Below are positions 47,083-55,809 of a stretch of DNA of 58,956 nt, piece by piece. Source of the DNA: Actinomycetota bacterium (GTDB taxonomy: Bacteria > Actinomycetota > Geothermincolia > Fen-727 > Anoxymicrobiaceae). Position 1 is the first letter of the stretch. Each line of letters opens with the position of its first letter. The translations under genes were made by a program, and so were the position numbers. The notes under the pieces are model-generated. The model made no database searches and was not told where the DNA came from. It saw only the letters and a list, made by a program, of their open reading frames with translations. The stretch is taken from the NCBI GenBank assembly GCA_016927325.1, contig JAFGMY010000170.1, positions 1 through 58,956 of the forward strand, read 5' to 3'.

Positions 47083-49548
47083 ATGAAAAAAGGGGAGTTC
47101 CGTAAGTTAATCGCGCTGGCCGCGTGTATAAGCCTCGTGCTCCTGCTGTTCCCGGCCATGGGTGCGTCGGCGGCTGAGTTCAACTGGACGATGGAAGCGG
47201 ACCAGGGAATAACCGATCCGAACAATTTCCACCTGGCATGCGGCGAAGTTTACCATGGCAGCCAGATGGTCTACTCTACAAATTTTTTAGGGCTGCCGGT
47301 GCCTGCAAATCCAACGGTACTTTATTCGTATGACGGGGCGCAGTTTACGCCGGTGGGTTCTCCCGGCTTCGGTGACGGCAATAACACCGGACTGCACCCG
47401 ACGGCGGTCTATCATGACCTTCTTTATGTCGGGACTGCTAACGGTACGACAGGAGCCGAGCTTTTCACCTGGAACGGTGCTGGAAACCCGTTGAAGGTAA
47501 CCGCGTCAACCGGTGGCTGGGGTGAGGGAGCGGGAAACGACACTATATTCCCGCAGGGTGTCGTCAACGACAAGCTGATCGTTACTGTTGCAAACCGTAC
47601 AGGGGCTGTTACAGGCGGCATAAGGATATATGAGTTTGACGGTACGGTATGGACACAACTGGTCGGGCCGACGGCTGCTGTTCCTTCCGGTTTCGGTGAT
47701 ACCAATAACGAAGCCGCCGCTCCAGGTGTCGTGCTGGGCGGGAAGCTTATCTTTCCCACACTAAATACCGCTACGGGTTTGGAGGTCTGGGAATATGACG
47801 GAACCAATTTTGTTCAGATTGGAGCTCCGGGTGCGGGAAGCTGGTCGGCAAACCAGACCGCCGGAACTGTTGCGCAAAATCCTGTATCCGGGACACTCTA
47901 TTTGGGCACGGGAGACGCGACAGGTACCGAGGGCTGCGAGATATGGGCCTTTGACGGCACTACCTGGATAAATGTTAAGGCAGGCGGCATAGACCAGGGT
48001 ACCAACGACATGTTCGTTCAGCCTTGCGTTAGTGGGAACGACCTTTATGTGGCCACCGCTAACTTCGCGGCGGGCGGTCGCGTATATAAGCTTGTTGGCG
48101 CCACATTCATGCCGCTTTCGCAACCGGGATTCGGCGTCGGCGCAGCCAACGCCGACATCACGATTGAAACATATCGCGGGAAACTGATAGGCACCACGTT
48201 GAACGCTGGCGCCGGCGGTCAGGTGTGGACGACTCCTATTCTTTCAAGCATCTGGTTTTTTGCCGAAGGCACCACTCGGAACAACCTGAACGACGGTTCC
48301 TATGATGAATGGCTCTGCATCCAGAACCCCGGTGCCAACGACGCTGATGTAATAATCACATACATGTTCTCCGACGGCACAACACAGACTCAGAACGTCC
48401 TTGTTGTGAAGGAGAGCCGTAAGACTATAAGCGTAAACGACGCGATAGGGGCAGGAAAGGATGTTTCGACCATAGTAGAGTCCAACTGGCCAATACTGGT
48501 CGAGAGGCCCATGTACTTCAGTTACCGCGGTAAATGGCCGGGCGGCCATATTGTAATGGGTGTCAACCAGCCGAGGGATAACTGGTTTTTTGCCGAAGGC
48601 ACCACCCGGAACAACCAGAATGACGGTTCTTACGAGGAGTGGCTGTGTCTGCAGAACCCGACCGCGGCAGACGCGGTGGTCGACGTGACTTACATGCTGG
48701 AAACCGGCGATACGGTAATAAAACAGTACGACGTGGGCGCCACCAGCCGCAGGACAATAGACGTTAATCTTGATGTGGGGGCGAATCACGACGTATCGAT
48801 TGCGCTCAACAGCAGTCAGCCTATAGTCGCCGAGCGCCCGATGTACTTCAACTACCGCGACAAGTGGACGGGCGGGCACAACGTTGTCGGGGCTCCGGGA
48901 CCGGCCAGGACCTTCTATTTCGCGGAAGGTACTACCAGGGACAATGTAACCGACGGCGCATTTGAGGAGTGGATCTGCATTCAGAATCCGGGCCTGGCCG
49001 AAGCAACAGTAAACATCACCTACTGGACTGCGAACGCGGGGACCCAGACCCAGACGGTGACTGTCGGGGCGACCTCCCGTCAGACGGTGGACGTTAAACT
49101 CCGGCTGGGCGCCGATGTGGATACATCGTTCAAGGTTGATTCCGACGAGCCCATACTGGTCGAGCGCCCGATGTACTTCAACTACCATAATGTCTGGCCG
49201 GGCGGCCATAATGTCATGGGTTGTCCCGGGCCTACTTCGAGTTTTTATTTCGCGGAAGGAACGACATTGCCTGAGTTCAATACTTACCTGGCTGTCCTTA
49301 ATCCCGGTACCACACCGGCCAATGTTACTTTCAACTATATGCTGGAGGGCGAACCGAACAAGACTGTATCTGTTGTAATCGATCCGGAAAAGCGTTACAC
49401 GCACAACGTGGCCGATTCAATCGGCTTGAACAAGAACGTTTCGGTTATGGTCCAGAGCGACCAGCCGATTGTCGCGGAGCGGCCGATGTACTTCGGGTAT
49501 CATGGTGTATGGCCCGGCGGCCACGACACACTGGGATACGGAATATGA
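47083..49548 (+). CDS. Secreted protein: signal peptide, beta-propeller-like N-terminal half, and four 110-aa C-terminal repeats
   Basis: Signal peptide KKGEFRKLIALAACISLVLLLFPAMGASA. Repeated blade-like segments (YSYDGAQF, YEFDGTVW, WEYDGTNF, WAFDGTTW). These are followed by four units of (W/F)(F/Y)FAEGTT...ERPMYF..(W)PGGH. Confidence 0.7.
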   Translation: MKKGEFRKLIALAACISLVLLLFPAMGASAAEFNWTMEADQGITDPNNFHLACGEVYHGSQMVYSTNFLGLPVPANPTVLYSYDGAQFTPVGSPGFGDGNNTGLHPTAVYHDLLYVGTANGTTGAELFTWNGAGNPLKVTASTGGWGEGAGNDTIFPQGVVNDKLIVTVANRTGAVTGGIRIYEFDGTVWTQLVGPTAAVPSGFGDTNNEAAAPGVVLGGKLIFPTLNTATGLEVWEYDGTNFVQIGAPGAGSWSANQTAGTVAQNPVSGTLYLGTGDATGTEGCEIWAFDGTTWINVKAGGIDQGTNDMFVQPCVSGNDLYVATANFAAGGRVYKLVGATFMPLSQPGFGVGAANADITIETYRGKLIGTTLNAGAGGQVWTTPILSSIWFFAEGTTRNNLNDGSYDEWLCIQNPGANDADVIITYMFSDGTTQTQNVLVVKESRKTISVNDAIGAGKDVSTIVESNWPILVERPMYFSYRGKWPGGHIVMGVNQPRDNWFFAEGTTRNNQNDGSYEEWLCLQNPTAADAVVDVTYMLETGDTVIKQYDVGATSRRTIDVNLDVGANHDVSIALNSSQPIVAERPMYFNYRDKWTGGHNVVGAPGPARTFYFAEGTTRDNVTDGAFEEWICIQNPGLAEATVNITYWTANAGTQTQTVTVGATSRQTVDVKLRLGADVDTSFKVDSDEPILVERPMYFNYHNVWPGGHNVMGCPGPTSSFYFAEGTTLPEFNTYLAVLNPGTTPANVTFNYMLEGEPNKTVSVVIDPEKRYTHNVADSIGLNKNVSVMVQSDQPIVAERPMYFGYHGVWPGGHDTLGYGI
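48253..49545 (+). repeat. Four tandem in-frame coding repeats with an exact 330-nt period
   Basis: The FAEGTT-encoding starts are at 48253, 48583, 48913 and 49243, each exactly 330 nt apart. Units 1 and 2 share long identical nucleotide runs at their 5' ends. Confidence 0.85.
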
Positions 49549-49620
49549 GAAAGTAAAACCGTTGCCGGCAAAAGGCCGACACCGGTTTTAAAACCCATGA
49601 AAGACACCGGGATTATCAAA

Positions 49621-49666
49621 GGTCCAAGGGCGGGTAGTTTTAAGGCCTGCCCTTAGACCTTTTTTG
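49621..49666 (+). terminator. Rho-independent terminator downstream of the secreted repeat protein gene
   Basis: GGTC-ca-AGGGCGGGT loop GCCTGCCCT-ta-GACC, followed directly by TTTTTT. Confidence 0.55.
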
Positions 49667-49818
49667 GGATGCGCGGTAACCATGGGCCCGTTTTTTTCGA
49701 AGAGGTGCTCCAGTCGGTGGGGATAACCGGCAACCGCATGCACAGGCCGATCTGCTAAGATTTCTGATAATAGCTATATTGATATCGAAGACGGTTCAAA
49801 TCTGCAAAAGGCGGTTTC

Positions 49819-50520
49819 TTGATGAAACTGGATATCAAGGTGATGGAAAAAGAGCTCGACGGGCTTGTTGATGATAAGTATAAAGAAGGCATGAAGATGG
49901 CGGTCCCCACCACCTGGACGGTCAGAGGGGTGCGTGTGCCCCAGCTCAAGGAGATTGCAAAAGGTGTGGCCGGAAAGAAGAAAACCGAAGAAGATTACCG
50001 GGAGATAATGGAGTTTCTGGAAGCGGCTTTCGACAGGAAAGACCGGGAACTGGCGATTATTGGAATAAACACCCTTTATCAATACCGGAAATACTTCAAC
50101 CGGAACCTTACCGAAAAGATAAAGGTATGGACAGGAGAGGTTGCGGACTGGGAGATCTGCGACAATATCGCTTATATGATAATTCCCGAATTGATTTTGA
50201 AAGGTGTTTTTACAGGGGAAGATCTTATTTTTCTAAGGGACCACGAGAACATCTTCGCAAGAAGAGCTTACATCGTTTCACGGGTCAAGATGCTCAGAAG
50301 CGGATCCGGAGACACCGATGAAGTTTTGGAGGAAATATCGTTTTTTAACAGCGACAGGGACAAGTATATGATCAAGGCTGTTTCGTGGGCTCTCAGAAGC
50401 GCGATTTCGAGCGAACCGGAAGCTGTATCAGCGTTTATCGAGAAGTACAGGGATGAAATCCACCCTTTGGTGGTCCGTGAAGTTACCAACAAGCTTGAAA
50501 CGGGCAAAAAAAACCGGTGA
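49819..50520 (+). CDS. DNA alkylation repair protein (AlkD-like HEAT-repeat family, PF08713)
   Basis: 233 aa, all-helical, with RGVRVPQLKEIAK and AVSWALRS...VVREVTNKL typical of the family. Confidence 0.65.
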   Translation: MMKLDIKVMEKELDGLVDDKYKEGMKMAVPTTWTVRGVRVPQLKEIAKGVAGKKKTEEDYREIMEFLEAAFDRKDRELAIIGINTLYQYRKYFNRNLTEKIKVWTGEVADWEICDNIAYMIIPELILKGVFTGEDLIFLRDHENIFARRAYIVSRVKMLRSGSGDTDEVLEEISFFNSDRDKYMIKAVSWALRSAISSEPEAVSAFIEKYRDEIHPLVVREVTNKLETGKKNR

Positions 50521-50602
50521 AGAGACAAATGGATTTGTGGCATGAGACTCTGCGGCTGTTTGCCTTGAATGAAAGATATACGCGGGGAACTGCTGAAAGC
50601 CG

Positions 50603-52351
50603 GTGGTTGTGATGTTATTAAAAGATGATCTTGTCTTGCTTCACGCGCCGAGCGTTTACGACTTCAGGAAGATGCTCAGGGTACCCAGCCCCGTCGCCGA
50701 CCTGGTGCCCTCGGGTCCGGTGTTCGAGATGTACCCTGTCGGTTTCCCCTTTATGGGCGAGTACCTGGAGAGGCACGGGATAAGAACCCGAATTGTAAAC
50801 CTCGCGGTCCGGATGCTCGAGAACAGCCGCTTCGACGCCCGCAGGTTTATTTCACACTTGAAACCAGAGGCTTTCGGCATCGACCTGCACTGGCTGCCCC
50901 ACTGCCACGGCGCTATCGAGATCGCCAGGCTGTGCAAGGAGCTTCACCCGGAGATCCCGGTGATACTCGGGGGTTACTCGGCTACAATACTCCACCGGGA
51001 GTTGATGGAGGAGTACCCGGAGATCGATTTCATAGTACGCGGAGATTCCACCGAGGAGCCCCTGCGGAAGTTGATGTCATTCATCATTTCAGAAAACTGC
51101 GAAATCTCCTCGATACCTAATCTGGTCTACAGGAGCCGGATGGGAACGATAGCCGCAACCGGGCTCGAGACTGCACCCGCCGATCTGAGTTACCTGGGGA
51201 ACAGTTATGTTTATATGCTGCGGTCGGCCCTGAGGCACGCCGATATCCGTGGAATCAGGCCTTTTAAGGGATGGTGGTCTTACCCGATAACGACATCGAT
51301 CACCTGCCGCGGCTGTTCCCAGAACTGTTACTTTTGCGGTGGCGCGGCGTCAACGATGAAAAGCTGTCTTGGCAGACGAAAGGTATCGTTTAGAACTCCG
51401 GATAGCATCGGGCGCGATATCAGAACCATCAAGAACATAACCGGGGCTCCCGTCTTCATAATAGGCGACCTTATGCAGGGCGGGCGTGATTACGCGTGGG
51501 CGGTCCTGGAGGAGATCGGGAAAGCTTCTCCCCGCAACCACATTGTCTTTGAGCTTTTCAAACCGGCCCCGGTGGAGTTCTTTGAGAAGATAGCGGGAAA
51601 CGTGGCCAACTTTGATTTTGAGATTTCCCCTCAGACCCATGACGAGGAAATCAGGGGACAAGTCATAACACCCTACGGTAACCGGGAACTCGAGAATAAC
51701 CTCGAGTGGTGCCTGGAAGCGGGATGCGGCAAGTTCGACGTATTCTTCATGATAGGCCTTTCCGGACAGACGGCTGAATCGGTAATGGATACCGTAGACT
51801 ACTGCGATTACCTTCTGGAGAAGTTCGGCATCAGGCTGAACCCGCTTATAGGCCCGTTCGCGCCCTTCGTCGACCCATGCAGCCCGCTTCAGGTCAGTGC
51901 CGGGGAATATGGGTTCAAGTTGTTGTTTGAATCAGTTGAGGAACACCGCAGTGCCCTTACGAATCCTAATTGGAGAGACTGGCTGGGTTACGAGACGAAG
52001 TGGTTGAGCCGGCAGGGGATTGTAGATGTTACTTACGAAGCACTCCTCGAGCTTAACAGGATTAAAGGCAGGCATGCACAAATAAGCCCTGAGTATATGG
52101 AGAACATGGAAGCGATCCTCAGGGAGAACATCGTATTGCTTGGAAGGGCGGACAGGGCAATGGAGATCGGAGACCTGAAACGCAGGCGGGCTGAAATGGA
52201 AAAAGTAAAGATAGAAGCGGACGAACTCATGGACAGGAGCCTCATGGTCAAAGAGGAAATCGAGTGGCCGGTATCAGGCCCGCGTTTCCGGTACTTCGGC
52301 ATATTGAGGCTGTTGGTCTCAAGTTGCATTAACAGGGATGCCGCCGAATGA
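50603..52351 (+). CDS. B12-binding-domain radical SAM protein (class B; BchE-like / TIGR04190-like size class)
   Basis: N-terminal Rossmann-like B12-binding domain (FGIDLHWLPH..PVILGGYSAT..DFIVRGDSTEEP), then the radical SAM cluster CRGCSQNCYFCGG. 582 aa. Confidence 0.8.
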   Translation: MVVMLLKDDLVLLHAPSVYDFRKMLRVPSPVADLVPSGPVFEMYPVGFPFMGEYLERHGIRTRIVNLAVRMLENSRFDARRFISHLKPEAFGIDLHWLPHCHGAIEIARLCKELHPEIPVILGGYSATILHRELMEEYPEIDFIVRGDSTEEPLRKLMSFIISENCEISSIPNLVYRSRMGTIAATGLETAPADLSYLGNSYVYMLRSALRHADIRGIRPFKGWWSYPITTSITCRGCSQNCYFCGGAASTMKSCLGRRKVSFRTPDSIGRDIRTIKNITGAPVFIIGDLMQGGRDYAWAVLEEIGKASPRNHIVFELFKPAPVEFFEKIAGNVANFDFEISPQTHDEEIRGQVITPYGNRELENNLEWCLEAGCGKFDVFFMIGLSGQTAESVMDTVDYCDYLLEKFGIRLNPLIGPFAPFVDPCSPLQVSAGEYGFKLLFESVEEHRSALTNPNWRDWLGYETKWLSRQGIVDVTYEALLELNRIKGRHAQISPEYMENMEAILRENIVLLGRADRAMEIGDLKRRRAEMEKVKIEADELMDRSLMVKEEIEWPVSGPRFRYFGILRLLVSSCINRDAAE

Positions 52352-52418
52352 AGCACTTGAACGAATGCTGATGACGGATTAACCTCGCGGTGTAACAAGA
52401 AACGGTATTTTCATGGAG

Positions 52419-53909
52419 TTACGGCATGTCCGCCTGAAACTTACTTCCATATTTCTTGCAGATGGCCTGGACTGTTTCCCGGCCGGAAAGGGCGGAAGGC
52501 GGAAGTCCTCCACCCGGTTTTATCCATTGGCCCGCCATGTAGAAGTTCTCAAGCCCGGGGAGCGTATTAGGCATTCCCTTTATCATTAAGGTTGAGTTCT
52601 CTGTCGTAAGCAGCCAGCCCTCAAAGCTCCCCTTCCAGTTGCCGGTATACCGTACGTAGGTAACCGGTGTTGCCACATCGACTGTCTCGATGTCTTCCCT
52701 TATACCCGGAAAACGTTTCTCCATCTCAGCGGTGAAGATGCTTCCGACGCGTTCCTTTTCTTCCCTGTACATTTCTTCATCATCATGAAGTGCCTTCCAG
52801 TATTCATAGTCGGTTTCGATTATTGTCGTAATAACCGACTTTCCCGCGGGCGCCATGGTCGGATCGTAACAGAAGTGTTTATAGCTCATGCGGGAGATGC
52901 TCCTCCCGGCTATCCTGACGGGATACTCAAGAGGGAAACTGACTGAGTGTGGCTCCGGGGAAAGGTCTCTCTTCACACCAAGCGACACCTGAATGATCGG
53001 TGGGAACAAGGGCATATTCCTGTAGTATCCCCTGATGGTATCGTTGATAAACGCACCGTCCAGCATGTCGAATATTGTTGCGTGACCGTCCGCCGCGGAC
53101 ACCACGATGTCAGCTTTATGTTCAGTTCCGTCGGCAAGTCTCACGCCTGTCGCCTTTCCATCCTCGACAAGGATCTTTTCAACCCTTGACCGGTATGAAA
53201 TTTCACCTCCCAGATCGAGGTAACGTTTCTCAATCGCCTTCGCCATCTCGAGCGAGCCGCCGATGGGATAACCGGCGTTCCTCTCGTTCATCCAGCCCAG
53301 AGTGCTAATCATGCCCAGCACCGGGAACTTGAGAACGTCGAACGTAAGAGGGAATATGCTTCTCAGGAAAGGGTCCGTGAAGTTTCTGGAGTAGTCCTGA
53401 AGAGAGGTTTTAGCCCATTTCTTGAATCCCATCATCATTGGGGCCATCTTGAAAAGCATTGAAAAACCCTCGAGACCGCCCGGCTTATCGATAGGCGGGT
53501 CAAGTTTACCGAAGCGGCGGATGTTCTTTGTCAGTTCCTCTATTACCCGGGCGTCTTTGGGAGAGAGACTTTTTAAGTGTTCTTCGAACCGTCCTGCGTC
53601 GGAGTACAAGACAAGAGCCTTTCCTTCAGGACCTTCCACCCTCAGGAACTCTTCGTGATCGACGACTTTCCGGCCCTGCAAAGCCCCCAGTTCCATCCAG
53701 ACCCGATTAAAGGAGGTACCGGCCTTCGTGCCCAAAAGCCAGTGAACGCAGCCATCGAAGACATACCCGTTTCTGTTCCAGGAAGTACAAAGCCCCCCCG
53801 GAGCGTTGTGCATCTCAAATACATGCGTGTCATATCCGTTCATCCGCCCGTAGCAGCCGGTTGAAAGCCCGGCGATCCCCGCACCGATGATAACAATTGA
53901 CTCAGCCAC
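52419..53909 (-). CDS. FAD-dependent oxidoreductase of the phytoene desaturase (CrtI) / amine-oxidase family
   Basis: Dinucleotide-binding start IVIIGAGIAGLSTGCYGRMNGYDTHVFEMHNAPGG and the C-terminal family motif FYMAGQWIKPGGGLP. Confidence 0.85.
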   Translation of the reverse strand: MAESIVIIGAGIAGLSTGCYGRMNGYDTHVFEMHNAPGGLCTSWNRNGYVFDGCVHWLLGTKAGTSFNRVWMELGALQGRKVVDHEEFLRVEGPEGKALVLYSDAGRFEEHLKSLSPKDARVIEELTKNIRRFGKLDPPIDKPGGLEGFSMLFKMAPMMMGFKKWAKTSLQDYSRNFTDPFLRSIFPLTFDVLKFPVLGMISTLGWMNERNAGYPIGGSLEMAKAIEKRYLDLGGEISYRSRVEKILVEDGKATGVRLADGTEHKADIVVSAADGHATIFDMLDGAFINDTIRGYYRNMPLFPPIIQVSLGVKRDLSPEPHSVSFPLEYPVRIAGRSISRMSYKHFCYDPTMAPAGKSVITTIIETDYEYWKALHDDEEMYREEKERVGSIFTAEMEKRFPGIREDIETVDVATPVTYVRYTGNWKGSFEGWLLTTENSTLMIKGMPNTLPGLENFYMAGQWIKPGGGLPPSALSGRETVQAICKKYGSKFQADMP

Positions 53910-54132
53910 TTGAAACCTCCGATAAGATTAGACACCACAGTCTACTGCCTGCACCACAATGAGCTGCATGTCTGAATTGTATTATCATTCGGCTGTTAAC
54001 CGGAAGGGTTATGCGCGATTTTTCCGGATTGCGTCGGACCGGTAAAAAATCCAGGAAGGTAAAAACACCGTGCTGGAGCGCACGGGAATCGGGATGGAAC
54101 GGGATGTTTTACGGTTGAAAAGGAGAGTACTG

Positions 54133-55287
54133 CTAGGCAGGCTCAAAAGCGCATGCGATTCTGACATCTGTCAGTTGTTGCCAGTGGGCCAGGCTCTGTC
54201 CCCCGATGATCGATTCGTACAAGCCCTGGAGGGACCCGGCCAGAATATTAACGTCGTAAGGATTGTCGATAATGATATTCACTCTCAGGCCGTCAATCTC
54301 GAACTTGACCGGATTTCCCTGTCCGAGAAGCGGCAAGTCATTCAAGAACTCCATCAGATGTCCCGCCATTCTCTTTGTACCGTCCGTATCATTTCCAGTG
54401 ACGGGCCTGATAAAATTGCTATGATCAACTGTGTACTCTCTTACAGTGTCCATCAATATTTCCGAGGCGCCCTCTCCCAGCGATCCAGCCAGTTCCCTGG
54501 TTACCGTATTGATTGTATATCCGTCGAGAAATACCACCCTGGAATCTACCGAGGAATCGATGATGACCCCTTCCTCGACCCAGTTCAGACGGGAGAGCCC
54601 CTTCGGCGCGTCGCATCTGGGGCACCTTTCATGCTCCACCCTGCCGGAGACGACGGCAAGCGATCTTTTAAATATTGACGGAAACCAGATCGGATCATCG
54701 GTGGCCTCGAAAACCATTCTCTCTGAAAACTCTGAATGTTCACCCGAAGCCTCGGCTCTGAAGATATAATCGTTTTCCGTTTTCCTTTTCCATTCCACTT
54801 TGTAGGGTTTCAACTCGAGAAGCTCAAAGTTCCCGGCTGTTACCGCCGCGAGAAGGTTCGCGTTGAAAGGGTTCTTGATTTCCGCGATGCCATACTCACC
54901 AGGAACATATTCCAGGGTCTTTACATTACACATTCCTAACAGGCTTGCTACTTCGTTCGAGCGAATGAGAAGAAACCGCCTGACCGACTCAAGCCGGGAG
55001 AGCCTTTTCAAGCCGGGCACTTTGTCATAAAAAGGTTTATATACGGCCATGGTGGAATGGCGCTGAGCTTCGAAAGCTATCTCATCGACGGGTAGTTCCA
55101 GCTTCTGTTTGAAGACATCCAGGAGTTGGTTGATGAACCTGTTCTGTATGATCACGACCCGGAAGTTCGTTCCCCATGGCCAGGGATTCGCGGTGATTGT
55201 ACCGTTCTCGTGCCACTTGAACGCAATATTAACAAAGCGCGGTAGTCCGCATACTTTACAACGCTTTCTGGGTATATTTAATGCCAT
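54133..55287 (-). CDS. Hypothetical protein with two homologous modules, each opening with a Cys pair (possible V4R-like ligand-binding fold)
   Basis: Module 1 starts at RKRCKVCGLPRFVNIAFKWHENGTI. Module 2 starts at HERCPRCDAPKGLSRLNWVEEGVI. Both continue with similar spacing to a hydrophobic/Gly-rich end (LLAAVTAGNFELL and ILAGSLQGLYESI). The V4R assignment is tentative. Confidence 0.45.
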   Translation of the reverse strand: MALNIPRKRCKVCGLPRFVNIAFKWHENGTITANPWPWGTNFRVVIIQNRFINQLLDVFKQKLELPVDEIAFEAQRHSTMAVYKPFYDKVPGLKRLSRLESVRRFLLIRSNEVASLLGMCNVKTLEYVPGEYGIAEIKNPFNANLLAAVTAGNFELLELKPYKVEWKRKTENDYIFRAEASGEHSEFSERMVFEATDDPIWFPSIFKRSLAVVSGRVEHERCPRCDAPKGLSRLNWVEEGVIIDSSVDSRVVFLDGYTINTVTRELAGSLGEGASEILMDTVREYTVDHSNFIRPVTGNDTDGTKRMAGHLMEFLNDLPLLGQGNPVKFEIDGLRVNIIIDNPYDVNILAGSLQGLYESIIGGQSLAHWQQLTDVRIACAFEPA

Positions 55288-55387
55288 CTCTCCGGTCCGT
55301 CTTCAGGTGCTGCAAGCAACAATAGTATAAGTGACCACATTCACCCGTGTGTGAGCAAAAGGTTCATGGAGTACGACCCAGAAGCCG

Positions 55388-55618
55388 CTAGGCCAGGTTC
55401 CTGATCTTCTGGGCGACATCAGCCCCGGTCTGGGGGTCCGCGAAGAAAGCTACGGACTTTTCAATGTGAGTTGCAAGTTCCGGAAGTTGGGCTGGTGTCA
55501 GCTTGTCAGGTTCACAATCGATGAGTTTGCAGTTCTTTTTTACGGTTGCCTTTGCAATGAACTCCCCTACAGCGGAGGTCAGAATCTTCTCAACCTGCCT
55601 GACCAGTAATTCGGCCAA
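55388..55618 (-). CDS. Small (76-aa) helical protein, hypothetical
   Basis: Compact ORF between two supported genes on the same strand. Amphipathic helical sequence. No motif recognised. Confidence 0.4.
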   Translation of the reverse strand: MAELLVRQVEKILTSAVGEFIAKATVKKNCKLIDCEPDKLTPAQLPELATHIEKSVAFFADPQTGADVAQKIRNLA

Positions 55619-55809
55619 GATGGACCTCCCGTATAGCCATGTCCGTACAAGATATCAAGTGTTTCACCGTTGATAATAAAGCATAACAATATAAACCACA
55701 TGGGGCAAGTTCTTAACCGGCCTTCAGTTACTTCCCGCGGCACCATAATTGCTGCCTGCATAAAAGAGGGCGGTTTTTAACCCGCTAGAGTATTACTTAG
55801 ATGTTGACG

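Noticed and set aside
48244-49404. 386-aa ORF on the minus strand
   Set aside because: It lies entirely antisense to the well-supported repeat-protein gene. It owes its length to the periodic, stop-poor repeat sequence. Its product is Arg/Pro/Val/Gly-rich with no motifs or RBS.
49555-49589. Imperfect hairpin AAAACCG...CGGTTTT just after the repeat-protein stop codon
   Set aside because: The inner stem is poorly paired and it is followed by A residues rather than a T-tract. The hairpin at 49621-49666 is the more convincing terminator.
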